A stretch of DNA of 64,000 nt, from positions 9,929-73,928 of the IMG/VR virus record IMGVR_UViG_3300027864_000205; one strand, given 5' to 3'. The DNA is from a virus. Taxonomy: Duplodnaviria; Caudoviricetes. The notes below the pieces were generated by a model. It was not told the origin of the DNA, did no database searches, and was given only the letters and a program-made list of their open reading frames with translations. The stretch's first letter is position 1; every line of letters begins with the position of its first letter. The position numbers and the translations under genes were made by a program. Positions 1 through 9,860 of this stretch are shown piece after piece.

Positions 1-223
1 CCGAGTCTAAGTTTGCGATTCCAAGCGAATCGGCTCTTGTTTTGTAGATGTTTTCACCCACTGATATGACAGTACCCTCAATTACAGCCAAAGAATTGTC
101 GCCGTCTGTTGTCAGGTATTCGTTGGTATGTGCAACCACATCAGATGATGCAGCTATTTTTGCTGTAGTTATCAAAGCCAATGGGTCTAGTCGAGTCGGG
201 TCGTCAATCATAAGTTTAGGCAT
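1..223 (-). CDS. Tail fibre / receptor-binding protein, N-terminal part (runs off the window)
   Basis: Not in ORF track; ATG at 223-221 overlaps the upstream stop; open to the edge: MPKLMIDDPTRLDPFALITTAKIAASSDVVAHTNEYLTTDGDNSLAVIEGTVISVGENIYKTRADSLGIANLDS; follows baseplate genes. Confidence 0.65.
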   Translation of the reverse strand, partial: MPKLMIDDPTRLDPLALITTAKIAASSDVVAHTNEYLTTDGDNSLAVIEGTVISVGENIYKTRADSLGIANLDS

Positions 224-650
224 TTTTAAGCACCCCCAAAATAAAGTTTATTTCGTCAATCTCGAAACCATTTTGTTTTAGCCAGTTATCCTGATTGAAT
301 ATTGATAGCGTTTCCCTATCGTTAGGAGCTTTGCTGAGTGTTACTACAGTCTCGGAGTACTGTGTTCCTTCGCTTTCCTCTTGCTCGGGATTTTCTGTAT
401 GCGACACGGACTTAACGGTCAATCCGTCCGCAGTGACATCGCCTTCCTTTACCTCGGGGAAGTATCTGGTCGTGACCACTGCCCTATCTGCCAATATAAT
501 TGGTACCGTGCGGTACTGTTTGCCTAGCAAAGACCTGATAAGTTCTTCAAGTTCTGCTATTTCGGTCTTGTCTAACTCCCCTCGTTGTGCCATGCCTACA
601 AGGTTTGTCATGTCCAGGCGGGTCTGCAATATTTGTGGTATACCTCTCAT
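216..650 (-). CDS. Hypothetical tail-associated protein
   Basis: 144-aa ORF, AAGGAGG RBS, tail module position. Confidence 0.75.
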   Translation of the reverse strand: MRGIPQILQTRLDMTNLVGMAQRGELDKTEIAELEELIRSLLGKQYRTVPIILADRAVVTTRYFPEVKEGDVTADGLTVKSVSHTENPEQEESEGTQYSETVVTLSKAPNDRETLSIFNQDNWLKQNGFEIDEINFILGVLKNA

Positions 651-690
651 TGAAAAATTTCCTCCTTACAATTATTGTTTGAGATATTGT

Positions 691-1167
691 TTAACTTGGT
701 CCTGAATTACTATTTTCTGGTTCTGTTGGAATATGTGGTGGTGCCGGTATGGCAGGACCACTTCCTCCACCAACGCCTGATAAGAACGCCGAACCGAAAA
801 AACTCGCGCCAAGCCAAGCGACATTGGAACTCGGCCCACTGCCCCCTATAGGTACCCATATGAATTTACCTTCTACAATGGCGGCAAGCACAAAAACACC
901 ACCAGTGTCAAGGTTCAAGAAAAACTGACCTACCGCACCAACGGTAGTGTCGAGTGGGTCAATCCACCCAAGAAGCGTTCGTATTTTGTCATCACTCAGT
1001 CTTAGGAAGTGGATATTATTAAGAATCCGCTGAAACAACGGGTTAAATGTGAAGGTTGCGCTTGCAGGGTCATTGTCTCGTAGCCTTGATATATGTGGGT
1101 TGTATTCAGGATTCTCTGGTATATCGAATTCAACGTATGCGTTTGGATTATGTACCGAGTTACTCAT
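691..1167 (-). CDS. Hypothetical tail/baseplate-associated protein
   Basis: 158-aa ORF with AGGAGG RBS; Gly/Pro-rich C-terminus. Confidence 0.7.
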   Translation of the reverse strand: MSNSVHNPNAYVEFDIPENPEYNPHISRLRDNDPASATFTFNPLFQRILNNIHFLRLSDDKIRTLLGWIDPLDTTVGAVGQFFLNLDTGGVFVLAAIVEGKFIWVPIGGSGPSSNVAWLGASFFGSAFLSGVGGGSGPAIPAPPHIPTEPENSNSGPS

Positions 1168-1181
1168 AGATTTTTTACCTC

Positions 1182-1580
1182 CTAAAATTCGTCGTCGAAC
1201 TGGAAAGTGAAGGTCACGCCGCCCTCTTTCCGTTTGTCGAAGAATGTTTTAATTGCACACAACTCACCGTCGGCATCAACGAGTGCAGCTTCATTCAGAA
1301 CCTCCCCTGCCAACTCTAATGCAGGGATGATAGCCGTATACCTTGCAGTGGTCGAGTATGGAAACTCAACAGGCTCTATTGGGTATCGTGCAATCTCACG
1401 GGTGAGTGATGTTGCCAGTTCGGACGGATGTATCGGATTGCCTTCTGCATCCGTGCCTCCGCTGCCGAAAGCGACATGCGTTACGGGAGCTATTGCCGAG
1501 ATTGCCCCGCTTGTAATCCGCGCAAGATTCTCCCTTCTGTGAAGCGTTGTAGTGCTGTTTTCGGGTATACTATGTGGCAT
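1182..1580 (-). CDS. Phage tail-collar fibre-like protein
   Basis: ITHVAFGSGG...LNEAALVDADGELCAIKTF-type motifs after baseplate genes. Confidence 0.7.
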   Translation of the reverse strand: MPHSIPENSTTTLHRRENLARITSGAISAIAPVTHVAFGSGGTDAEGNPIHPSELATSLTREIARYPIEPVEFPYSTTARYTAIIPALELAGEVLNEAALVDADGELCAIKTFFDKRKEGGVTFTFQFDDEF

Positions 1581-1581
1581 G

Positions 1582-2379
1582 TTATAATTCCTCCTCCTTA
1601 ATGTCTGCTGTCAGTGTTCGGGCACTATCGAGGCTCCATGAGCCATCAAGATACCAGCGGCTATCAGTAATCGCACGTGCGCGGAGTCTTGGTCGTGTGC
1701 TGAATCGATAGCTCGAAAATATAATGTTGTGCATTCCCATCCCAAGCCGAGTTGAATCGAGCAGCCAAGTACCGTCAAGCCGCTGAACTCCGTCGAGCAT
1801 AGGCTTGCGAGTCCATACACTTCTGTTCCTGAAAATAAACTGCACTTGGAAGTTGATAAGTCTAAACCTATTCCAGTTTACAACCCGTACCGGAAGCATT
1901 ATATCTGTGAGGCATAATTCAAGGTGTGCGGGTATGCGGCTTCTGAGAATCATGTTAGTATCGTACATATTGAACGGGTCCGAGAAGTTTCGAGTAATAG
2001 TTATCCGAATAAACCCTGAATCAAACGTGACATCTATCTCTCCCGCCGTGAATACCTGTATAAGTTCGATAATCTCTCGGTACCCTATGTGGTTGTTTGG
2101 AATCCAAAGTGCAAGCAGCACATTCCGTCGCTCGACAAGTGTCCTCGGTCCTGAATAAGTTATTCTCAGAGCCTTTTCGAGTTTTGCGACAGTTTGCGCA
2201 TCCATCTTCGCTATAAAGTGATTGTTGACCGCGCGTATATTTGCCAACTGCATATCATCCATATGTGCGCCGAACGCCCGCCAAAGTGCGTCCATTTCGC
2301 GGACATCCCTATACCAAACCGGGTACCAAGTCTTTATTTCCTCGTACTTGCTCGGCAAGGCGTTATCATACAGGCGCAT
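1582..2379 (-). CDS. Baseplate protein, XkdU/YmfQ (DUF2313)-like
   Basis: Directly after baseplate J; IPAHL motif; C-terminal LDG-x-W-x-LD repeats. Confidence 0.75.
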   Translation of the reverse strand: MRLYDNALPSKYEEIKTWYPVWYRDVREMDALWRAFGAHMDDMQLANIRAVNNHFIAKMDAQTVAKLEKALRITYSGPRTLVERRNVLLALWIPNNHIGYREIIELIQVFTAGEIDVTFDSGFIRITITRNFSDPFNMYDTNMILRSRIPAHLELCLTDIMLPVRVVNWNRFRLINFQVQFIFRNRSVWTRKPMLDGVQRLDGTWLLDSTRLGMGMHNIIFSSYRFSTRPRLRARAITDSRWYLDGSWSLDSARTLTADIKEEEL

Positions 2380-3493
2380 TCACAATCACCTCCTGCACAA
2401 CGCCGACCTGCTTGACTGACAGCTCAATATTCGCAGTACCGCCATTGAGGGTTAAGCTGGTGTAGTCTATAAGCCCGGATAATGAATACAACATCTGGCT
2501 TATGGACGATATCCTGATAACAGAGGTTTGGTTGTCAAGCGGGTTAAGTGACAAATCTTTCAGCAGTGCAACCAGCCCCGCTTCTGCCTCGCTTCTGATG
2601 TGTTCAACTGAGACACCTGACGAAAGCTCAGCATTGAAACTGAGTGTTACATAAACACGCTCTGCGGCAATTGTGCCTAGGTGTGCGCCAATGTTTGCCC
2701 TGCCACCTCCACGACCGTCACCGACCGGGAAGTCCTCGCCAAGATACTCCACAGTTATGCCTAACGTCATGGGGTCGATATGCTCCTGTACACGCTCTAC
2801 GACAGGTTGACCAGCCGGAAGCCCATCAGGTCCGATGCATACAACCATGACGGTATTCGGTCCTGCAAATAAAGGAATGACCCGAGCGCGTGTACATCCG
2901 GGTATTTCTTCAGCCCAAGTTCTATAGTGCTGTTTATTTCCGTTCTCTGAAGGTGCAGCAATTCTTGCCATGATTCTTCTTCTGTAATCGCCATCACTCT
3001 CTATGTCCGCTCCCGCTTCTATCAACTTGCCAAAGGTCGCAGATTGCAGCCCCCTTGTGATACCCATGGGTATAGCGGGTGTGCCTACGGCAATGCTGTT
3101 GCTCTGCATACCGAGAGATTCCGCTTCCAGATAGAGGATGCGTTCACCGTCTAAAGTTCTTTCACGGAGCAAGAAGTAAAGATTATTGGCAAAAAAGCGG
3201 TCGCCCAGCGTGGGCTCAACCTCACCAGTCCACGAGAAAGCATATTTCGCAGCGGTCGCAGGGTTTCGCGTAACTGCGTGTTGACTGCCTCCATCATCTA
3301 AATATTCGCCTACTGCGGTTGATATGAAGGTAAGATCAAACATCGTGCTGAGATCTTGATAATATTCTGCAATTTTGAAGCATGCCGAGGCAACAGCGTC
3401 AAAAAAGATACCACCTTGCCTGATATCGACATCGGGAGGAGCAGTTTCAAGACACTCAGCCATAATATTTTCGTAGGTTCTATCTTCAAACAA
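2366..3493 (-). CDS. Baseplate J/gp47 family protein (XkdT-like)
   Basis: RTYENIM...DIRQGGIFFDA, GADIESD, GNKQHY..WA motifs; likely TTG start at 3493 after GAGGAGG. Confidence 0.9.
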   Translation of the reverse strand: MFEDRTYENIMAECLETAPPDVDIRQGGIFFDAVASACFKIAEYYQDLSTMFDLTFISTAVGEYLDDGGSQHAVTRNPATAAKYAFSWTGEVEPTLGDRFFANNLYFLLRERTLDGERILYLEAESLGMQSNSIAVGTPAIPMGITRGLQSATFGKLIEAGADIESDGDYRRRIMARIAAPSENGNKQHYRTWAEEIPGCTRARVIPLFAGPNTVMVVCIGPDGLPAGQPVVERVQEHIDPMTLGITVEYLGEDFPVGDGRGGGRANIGAHLGTIAAERVYVTLSFNAELSSGVSVEHIRSEAEAGLVALLKDLSLNPLDNQTSVIRISSISQMLYSLSGLIDYTSLTLNGGTANIELSVKQVGVVQEVIVNAPV

Positions 3494-3494
3494 A

Positions 3495-3905
3495 TCAGAG
3501 TACCTCCTCGATTGTAGTCTCACCATAGGTCGTTATGGCATTACATGAGATTAGTGCGCTCTCGTTTCTTAGCTCGATTGAAAACCCGTATAAGTCAAGC
3601 ACACGCCCGTCGGATAATACGGCATCTTTCGTATATTCAGGCAACTCAGTTTGAATATACTCAGGTGTAACATTGCTTGCTATGATTGCCTGTTTTAACT
3701 CACTGCCATACTGATTATCATAGATAGCGCACCGAAAACGAGGCGTAATGAGCGCCTTTTTAACGAACTGTTCCACCGCTTCAATTTCGTCACAACTACC
3801 AGCAGACAATATTCTGCCATTTTCAAGATCGAGTTTATATGTCCTTGACGGCGACGGAACAAACTCCTCAACTTCCGTTATTGGGATTGGGATAAATACA
3901 CTCAC
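3495..3905 (-). CDS. Baseplate wedge protein XkdS/DUF2634-like
   Basis: KALITPRFRCAIYDNQYGSEL motif; position. Confidence 0.85.
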   Translation of the reverse strand: MSVFIPIPITEVEEFVPSPSRTYKLDLENGRILSAGSCDEIEAVEQFVKKALITPRFRCAIYDNQYGSELKQAIIASNVTPEYIQTELPEYTKDAVLSDGRVLDLYGFSIELRNESALISCNAITTYGETTIEEVL

Positions 3906-4285
3906 TCTTCTTCCTCCCTATCAAGTATGTAATACTTCTTGCCACGATTAAAGCTCAGTATCATAACAGTGTCGCCTTCTTTCAATGCATTTTTAATTTT
4001 AATTTTGCCCTCTACTCCTTCGTGATTATGAGAGCCGCCTGATGCCGCGTCAGGGTGAGAGTGAATTCCGTTTCTATCCATTTCCGTTATCTCGAATTCC
4101 ACCTCATAGTCTGTCAGGTGTTTGGGCAGACAGATAATGCCGGGATGCAATTCCATCTTTTCATCATTGATTAACCTAATATGCAGAGGGTCTTCTTGTG
4201 TGACTACCCCGGAGACTACTCGAATTTCTGTTACTTGCATCCCCTGAATCAATTCTTTTATGCTTCCTGATGCCACTGCATTCAC
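3902..4285 (-). CDS. XkdR/DUF2577-like spike protein
   Basis: GVVTQEDPL, LKEGDTVMIL..GKKYYILDR motifs. Confidence 0.85.
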   Translation of the reverse strand: MNAVASGSIKELIQGMQVTEIRVVSGVVTQEDPLHIRLINDEKMELHPGIICLPKHLTDYEVEFEITEMDRNGIHSHPDAASGGSHNHEGVEGKIKIKNALKEGDTVMILSFNRGKKYYILDREEEE

Positions 4286-4295
4286 CTCCCAACGA

Positions 4296-5288
4296 TTACC
4301 TCGGACTCCTCATTATATCCATAGCCTCACACATTCCCAAGTTCATTGTGTGTAGGGAGCCTTCAAATGTGTGCGTATCCTGTTCAACATAAAATGTCCT
4401 TGATATGCCGAGTGGTCTAATCGAAACCATGACTCCAACTCCCGAAATAACATCAGGAATGCCAAGTGCCGGAAGAGTCAGGTTTTCTTGAGGTCTTCCG
4501 TTTTCGTTGATAATACCCCGGAGAAGTTGGAAGAGTTGCCCTGGGTTCATTTCATCACGGATTGTCTGCACTTCTTGAAAAATCCCTATGTTTCTTTCGA
4601 GTGACGGGTTTATTGCCCCAGCAACCACGTGCCCCTCGCTGGATAGCAACCTTATTCTCGTCATAATGTTTTCTATGCTCTTACTGTATCTGTAATCCAT
4701 AAGATTTGATTCCACTTCCAATACCCACTGAAGCACGTTCTGCCTACGCTCGATAAGGTTCAGTCTCTCGCCTCTGCACATAACGAAATAGCGAACACCT
4801 GTTGCCTGATATGTCAATCCGAGCGCATCAGCGATAGCATCCCATGCTGTTGTTTGAGGCTTAGGTAATTCAGGTATCATGAAGCCAGTATTAGCAACAC
4901 TTCCCATAGGGAGACCGAAGCGACTGCATGCATCCCTGAACACTCCGGATGCCGTCACGCCTGAGTAATTGAAAGTATCTTTGTTTCTAAGCAACCTAAA
5001 CCCATTGTCATAGGCTCTCAACGAAAGTGTTCTGCTTGATGATGGAGTTTGCCTGAGAAACATTCCACGGAAAAGTTCCCTGCCCTGCCAATTGAAAATA
5101 CAATGATGACCGTTTTCCACATCAATGCGTAAGCGCTCGTGGCCGTGGTCATCACTATCGATAAAATCCACTTGCAACGACCTTGCGGGAGAGCTTCGTC
5201 TCCCCGCCCATGTGATTTTTGACACAAGATTGCTTGCATCTATAGTCGCTCCACCCCTAGCGACAAGTAGTGTTGCAGATCCGCTCAT
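4296..5288 (-). CDS. Baseplate hub protein XkdQ/YqbQ-like
   Basis: ITWAGRRSSPARSL, RAYDNG..L motifs; position. Confidence 0.85.
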   Translation of the reverse strand: MSGSATLLVARGGATIDASNLVSKITWAGRRSSPARSLQVDFIDSDDHGHERLRIDVENGHHCIFNWQGRELFRGMFLRQTPSSSRTLSLRAYDNGFRLLRNKDTFNYSGVTASGVFRDACSRFGLPMGSVANTGFMIPELPKPQTTAWDAIADALGLTYQATGVRYFVMCRGERLNLIERRQNVLQWVLEVESNLMDYRYSKSIENIMTRIRLLSSEGHVVAGAINPSLERNIGIFQEVQTIRDEMNPGQLFQLLRGIINENGRPQENLTLPALGIPDVISGVGVMVSIRPLGISRTFYVEQDTHTFEGSLHTMNLGMCEAMDIMRSPR

Positions 5289-5944
5289 GCGGGTAATGCA
5301 AGGACTTGACCAGGATGGATTAAGTTAGGGTTGCTTATCCTGTCCCGATTCAAGTTGTGTATCTCAGGCCATCGAGCACCATTGCCAAGGTGTGTCTGAG
5401 CAATCCTCCAAAGAGTATCACCCGGGGCAACGGTATGCGTTCGTGGCATGATGCGGTTGTCCACTCGAGGTGGCGCAGGGGCTGGGGGTGGTATAAACGC
5501 CCGTTGTTGCCGCACCTGTACTTGCCTGAGAGTCACGCTTCTGTGCATTTTGAGGACAAGCGTATAATGGATAGTGCCAATATCGCCGCCTCTTTCGTGA
5601 TGTGTAAAGTTTTCTATTCTGAAGTATGCGCCAGCACTCATGCCGGCAACCAATAGTCTGATAGGTCTTTTGCTGCTTTGCCACGATTCTATCCTTGCCA
5701 CCAGATCGTTCGGGGATATCAGAGCCCCTTGCATACCCTGTATTGGTGTAGCGGGGAAGATAGAGGAAAATGTTATCACCGGCGCGGAAGGGTCATTCCT
5801 GAAAATGACCTCGCCCAGCCCCTGAATGTTGACGCTTCTGCTTGAACTGCCCTTGACAACAGTAAAAACATCAGGAAGAACGGGCATTCTTATTCTGTCA
5901 GTTCCACCATTATGCGTGAGCCACATTTGATACCTAGAAGGCAT
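5285..5944 (-). CDS. LysM-domain tail protein (XkdP-like)
   Basis: C-terminal LysM: HTVAPGDTLWRIAQTHLGNGARWPEIHNLN...NPNLIHPGQVL. Confidence 0.9.
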   Translation of the reverse strand: MPSRYQMWLTHNGGTDRIRMPVLPDVFTVVKGSSSRSVNIQGLGEVIFRNDPSAPVITFSSIFPATPIQGMQGALISPNDLVARIESWQSSKRPIRLLVAGMSAGAYFRIENFTHHERGGDIGTIHYTLVLKMHRSVTLRQVQVRQQRAFIPPPAPAPPRVDNRIMPRTHTVAPGDTLWRIAQTHLGNGARWPEIHNLNRDRISNPNLIHPGQVLALPA

Positions 5945-8900
5945 AAGCTTCTTCCCCTTCCTCAAACACTTCCTCTTGTATAATGCCCATAAAGGCTTCT
6001 TTCAACCTTGGCGCTACTGTATCCCAAATACTCTCTTTATCAACGCCGGGTGCTTCAATTTTGCCGTTGCAGTTTATGTCGAGTTTCACGGCTCTATCTT
6101 GCGATTGTCGCGCAGTGCCACGACTATCTTGCGGTGCATTAGACATGGAGGGAGGTGGCGTTATATTGATAGGTGCTCGACCGTTTTCCGCTGCTGCCAT
6201 CCTGTGTGATTCGTTTGCAGGGTAAACCCTTTCACCTCCACTGAACGCCATAAGTTCAGGACCTTCTTCACCTACCCATGCGAGACCGGGAGGTGCGGAA
6301 CGTGTGCCTGTTGCGTAACCGCCGACATCTGTTCGACCGCCTAACGCTCCGGCAACTGCATTCGCTACTGATTCCGCTGCATCTCTCGCTCCGGCTATCC
6401 CTGCCCTGATATTTGCGATATACGCATCTATCGTTGCCTGCGCCGCGGCCCCTGCTTCATTCGACATATCCATGTCATCGATAGCAATGCCCAAGTTATC
6501 CAGAATTTCATCCATTCTGTTGTCAAAATCTGTGCTGATTTCAGCCATTGTCTGAGCAGTAGTATCTCGTGCTTCTGTTAAGTTTTCAAAGGTAGAGTTG
6601 ATTTCAGCAATCTTTGCAGCGGCTTCTTCTGGGTCAAGCCCTTCGAGTTCATTAACGAGCGAGGCAACCTGCGCCATGCTATCTTGACTACCATCACTCA
6701 GTTTGGTCAAGAAATCGGTGTTAATGTCGAAGTCTTGCAGTGCTTGCAGATTGTCGTTATACGCTTCAAAGAACTTAATTTGAGATTCCCAAGCCTCGAT
6801 GATATTTTGACTTGCAATCCCGGCTCTTTCCTCTGCCATTTCAAAAAGACCAAATGTGCCTTTGAGACTTCTTTGTGCAGAGTCGAATGCCACGTCAAAG
6901 GCTTCACTAAGTTCGAGCAAGCATTCAACGACACTCTCAATTGCTCGACCGACACCTTCTTCGTAAGTAATCCCTAATTGAACCGCTTCTGCTTCCGCTC
7001 GGGCGAGTGCTTCCGCTTGACTTTCCCACATCGCTTCGGTGGTTGCTTGGATGTGTTGGTTTTCGTAAAGCGCGGCACTTAATGCCTCGTAAACTTCTCT
7101 CGCTTCATCGACTTCTCGCCTATAGCGACTATGATTAAAAGAGAAACGCCCGACCATATCATCTCTGCGCTGAGCTGCCAAGGTATATTGCTCAGCGGCA
7201 AGCTGCAACTTAGCATATAGGTACTCTTCTTGGCGTAGGGCTTCGATGAACGCTTCGTGGGCGGCGGCCGTCCTTTCGCGCTCAACTTGTGCGGCAGCAA
7301 GGTCACGCATAGCCGCTGCGCATAGTACGAGTGATCCTGTAGCCTCGTCTATGTGTTCAGCCATTTCAGGGAATTGTGCAACGAGTTCTCCCGTTATCAG
7401 AGCCATTTGTTGCTGTTGTGCAGCAGTTATATCCGTAACATCAGATAGAACCTCTAGTCTGCTTATAAGAGCGCCGGCAGACCGCTCCTCTGCATCAAGA
7501 GCGTCCATTGTGGAGTAAAGGGTATCTGCCATTTCGCGGTGATTATCAATTAGCCTGTCAACCGTAGCGTAGAACTCTTCAAGCGTGACTCGGCTTGCTT
7601 CGAAAACAAGTCGAGAGGCTTCAAGTTCTCCGCGCAGCCTTTCGGCTTCTGGTGATAATTCGCCGTGGATCTCTACTGCACGTCTGTACTCATCGTTGAG
7701 CCTTGTAATTTCGTTATAACTCTGTCTTGATGTCATTGTTAGACTGTTGAACTCGGAGTTTGCATCGCTAAGCGCATTTCCAAGCAAAACCGCACCTGCA
7801 ACCACAGCGGCAATAGCGCCGGCGATGAGAAACACGGGACCGAGCGCAACTTTTGCAGTAGCTCCGAACACCGCAGTAACAGTTGTAGCCACCGCTTTCG
7901 CGGCAGTATACACCATTACAGCAGAAGTGGCTGCAACTAAGCCAGTACCGATAGTAGCTATCGCAGCGGCAACAGCAGGGTTCTCGTTGAGGAAGTCGCC
8001 AATCCATTGAACTATATCTGCAAGGCCTTCTGATGCTACAGTTACGGCAGGGGCGAGTACCCCTGTAAATGCAGCACTAATACTGTTTGTCGCCATTGCC
8101 CAGCGTTCTTCAAGCGTAGTCGCAGCTTCGGCAGTAGCTGATAATGTGCCGTCTGCACTTGCAATCTTCTCTACCCAATCATCAAAGACCATTGCGCCGG
8201 ATTGAATTGCAAACGCCAGTTCAGGCCCAGCACGCACACCGAATACTTCCACGGCTCGAGCCGTGGCTTCCGATGCGCTTTCCATGTTATAGATTTCTTC
8301 GATAGTTTCGCTAAGTGCTTCTCTTGCATCCCTGCCTTCTTGTCCTGCATATATAAGAGACCGCCTGAGTCCATACATGGCTGCACCGTAGTCTATACCT
8401 TTTTGCTCGAGCCTTGCAAAGAGCGCTACACTCTCGTCCATGCTAAAGTTGAGAGCATCAAGGGTAGCTTGATTACCGAGTAGCTTATATGTGAGTTGGT
8501 CTACGGCTATACCCGACAGTTGCCCGGCAAGCGTAAACTTATCTAGCACCCTTTCGGTTTCAGTAACTTCTATATTCCAGCGCGACATAAGCATCGATAC
8601 TGTCTTGATGGACGAGGTAACGTCTGCACCTGTCACATCGGCAAAGTCAAGATGTAAGCGTGTTGTCCTCTCCAGTTCATCGCCTTGGAGATTCAGCCGT
8701 GTATTGACTTCCGACAGGGCGCTGGCAACCAATGACAAGTCACCGTTTCGTGCTGTCGCGAATACATTCAACATTGAATTAGATAAGCCGTCAAGTGCTG
8801 CGCCTGTCGCACCTGTAGACTTGATTATGATAGCCTCTGCGCGTGAGTGTTCGTTCGCCATTTCGATGACCGCATCCGTGACTTGATTAACGAGTTTTGC

Positions 8901-9152
8901 AAGTCCTGCGGCCACTAATGCGTTTTTTATTACATCAACAGAGTCCGCGATACTGTCGCTCGACCTCTGCATAGTGTCTGCTTGATTTTGACCTGCGGAG
9001 GCGGCATCGTCGAGAGCTCTCGCAGTGCCGGTAGCTGTACTTCCGACACTTTCTATAGCGTCACCATAGGTTTCTACATTTTGTGCTGCGCCTTCAAGCA
9101 CTGCGCTAAATTTATCTTCACCTTGTATGACTGCCGAGAGTATTGCTGACAT
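5934..9152 (-). CDS. Tail tape measure protein
   Basis: 1072 aa, Ala-rich helical with central hydrophobic segment, C-terminal GYATGT...VGEEGPEL motif. Confidence 0.93.
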   Translation of the reverse strand: MSAILSAVIQGEDKFSAVLEGAAQNVETYGDAIESVGSTATGTARALDDAASAGQNQADTMQRSSDSIADSVDVIKNALVAAGLAKLVNQVTDAVIEMANEHSRAEAIIIKSTGATGAALDGLSNSMLNVFATARNGDLSLVASALSEVNTRLNLQGDELERTTRLHLDFADVTGADVTSSIKTVSMLMSRWNIEVTETERVLDKFTLAGQLSGIAVDQLTYKLLGNQATLDALNFSMDESVALFARLEQKGIDYGAAMYGLRRSLIYAGQEGRDAREALSETIEEIYNMESASEATARAVEVFGVRAGPELAFAIQSGAMVFDDWVEKIASADGTLSATAEAATTLEERWAMATNSISAAFTGVLAPAVTVASEGLADIVQWIGDFLNENPAVAAAIATIGTGLVAATSAVMVYTAAKAVATTVTAVFGATAKVALGPVFLIAGAIAAVVAGAVLLGNALSDANSEFNSLTMTSRQSYNEITRLNDEYRRAVEIHGELSPEAERLRGELEASRLVFEASRVTLEEFYATVDRLIDNHREMADTLYSTMDALDAEERSAGALISRLEVLSDVTDITAAQQQQMALITGELVAQFPEMAEHIDEATGSLVLCAAAMRDLAAAQVERERTAAAHEAFIEALRQEEYLYAKLQLAAEQYTLAAQRRDDMVGRFSFNHSRYRREVDEAREVYEALSAALYENQHIQATTEAMWESQAEALARAEAEAVQLGITYEEGVGRAIESVVECLLELSEAFDVAFDSAQRSLKGTFGLFEMAEERAGIASQNIIEAWESQIKFFEAYNDNLQALQDFDINTDFLTKLSDGSQDSMAQVASLVNELEGLDPEEAAAKIAEINSTFENLTEARDTTAQTMAEISTDFDNRMDEILDNLGIAIDDMDMSNEAGAAAQATIDAYIANIRAGIAGARDAAESVANAVAGALGGRTDVGGYATGTRSAPPGLAWVGEEGPELMAFSGGERVYPANESHRMAAAENGRAPINITPPPSMSNAPQDSRGTARQSQDRAVKLDINCNGKIEAPGVDKESIWDTVAPRLKEAFMGIIQEEVFEEGEEAYAF

Positions 9153-9343
9153 TACACGCCGCCTCCTTTCGCTATTATGTTCAGTGTGTCAAGCCGTACC
9201 GGGTTCTCGTTTTCATAAACCTCAGAGGCGATATAAAAAAGCCGCCTCTCTCGCGGCATTTTCCAAAAATCTTCCATTCGGAGGTTGTGTTTCTGCCAGA
9301 GCGTATGAGCCCAAAAAGCCTCAGAGCCCCGGACGGCAATTAG
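9152..9343 (-). CDS. Tail assembly chaperone -1 frameshift extension (G-T type)
   Basis: Not in ORF track; -1 frame open from slippery A AAA AAC (9349-9343) to TAA at 9154-9152: LIAVRGSEAFWAHTLWQKHNLRMEDFWKMPRERRLFYIASEVYENENPVRLDTLNIIAKGGGV. Confidence 0.8.
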   Translation of the reverse strand, partial: LIAVRGSEAFWAHTLWQKHNLRMEDFWKMPRERRLFYIASEVYENENPVRLDTLNIIAKGGGV

Positions 9344-9837
9344 TTTTTTGCTTCTTCAAGCAGGCTCTCGTCGTTCGACACAGTTGTGCCCAACCCAAGT
9401 GCGTTCATAACCATAGCATTAACATGCTGATACTCACCAGATTTCCAAAACACCTTGAGCGGCATTTCGGTTATGTCGTGGCAACTGTAATACTCCATGA
9501 GTTCCTTGCTTTTGAGGTCGGGGTACACTAGGGCTTCGGCAATGATATGCCGTACCGCCCGAGGAGTATCACGTTCAGTTTTGAACATTACTTCGTTGTT
9601 TGGTCCGATATACGGCGAGCCTCTGTCGTTAGTGGCTACGCTACGAGTGCGATAACCTTCAAATAACTTTTGGATGCGCTCTTGACTCAGCACTTTGATT
9701 TCGAGTTCAATGCGATCTCCGTTTTCATCAACAAAAGATTCAGGTGCAGGAGCTTTTACAATTTCATTACGCTGTTCGCGCATGAAGAAGCTGAGGCTTT
9801 TGCTGTTTGAGGTAGCTACTTGTGTTGAAGTATCCAT
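9340..9837 (-). CDS. Tail assembly chaperone XkdN-like
   Basis: Between tube and tape measure; ALVYPDLKSKELMEYY motif; ends in slippery site. Confidence 0.85.
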   Translation of the reverse strand: MDTSTQVATSNSKSLSFFMREQRNEIVKAPAPESFVDENGDRIELEIKVLSQERIQKLFEGYRTRSVATNDRGSPYIGPNNEVMFKTERDTPRAVRHIIAEALVYPDLKSKELMEYYSCHDITEMPLKVFWKSGEYQHVNAMVMNALGLGTTVSNDESLLEEAKN

Positions 9838-9860
9838 AATTTTAAGTTCTCCTTTCTCTG

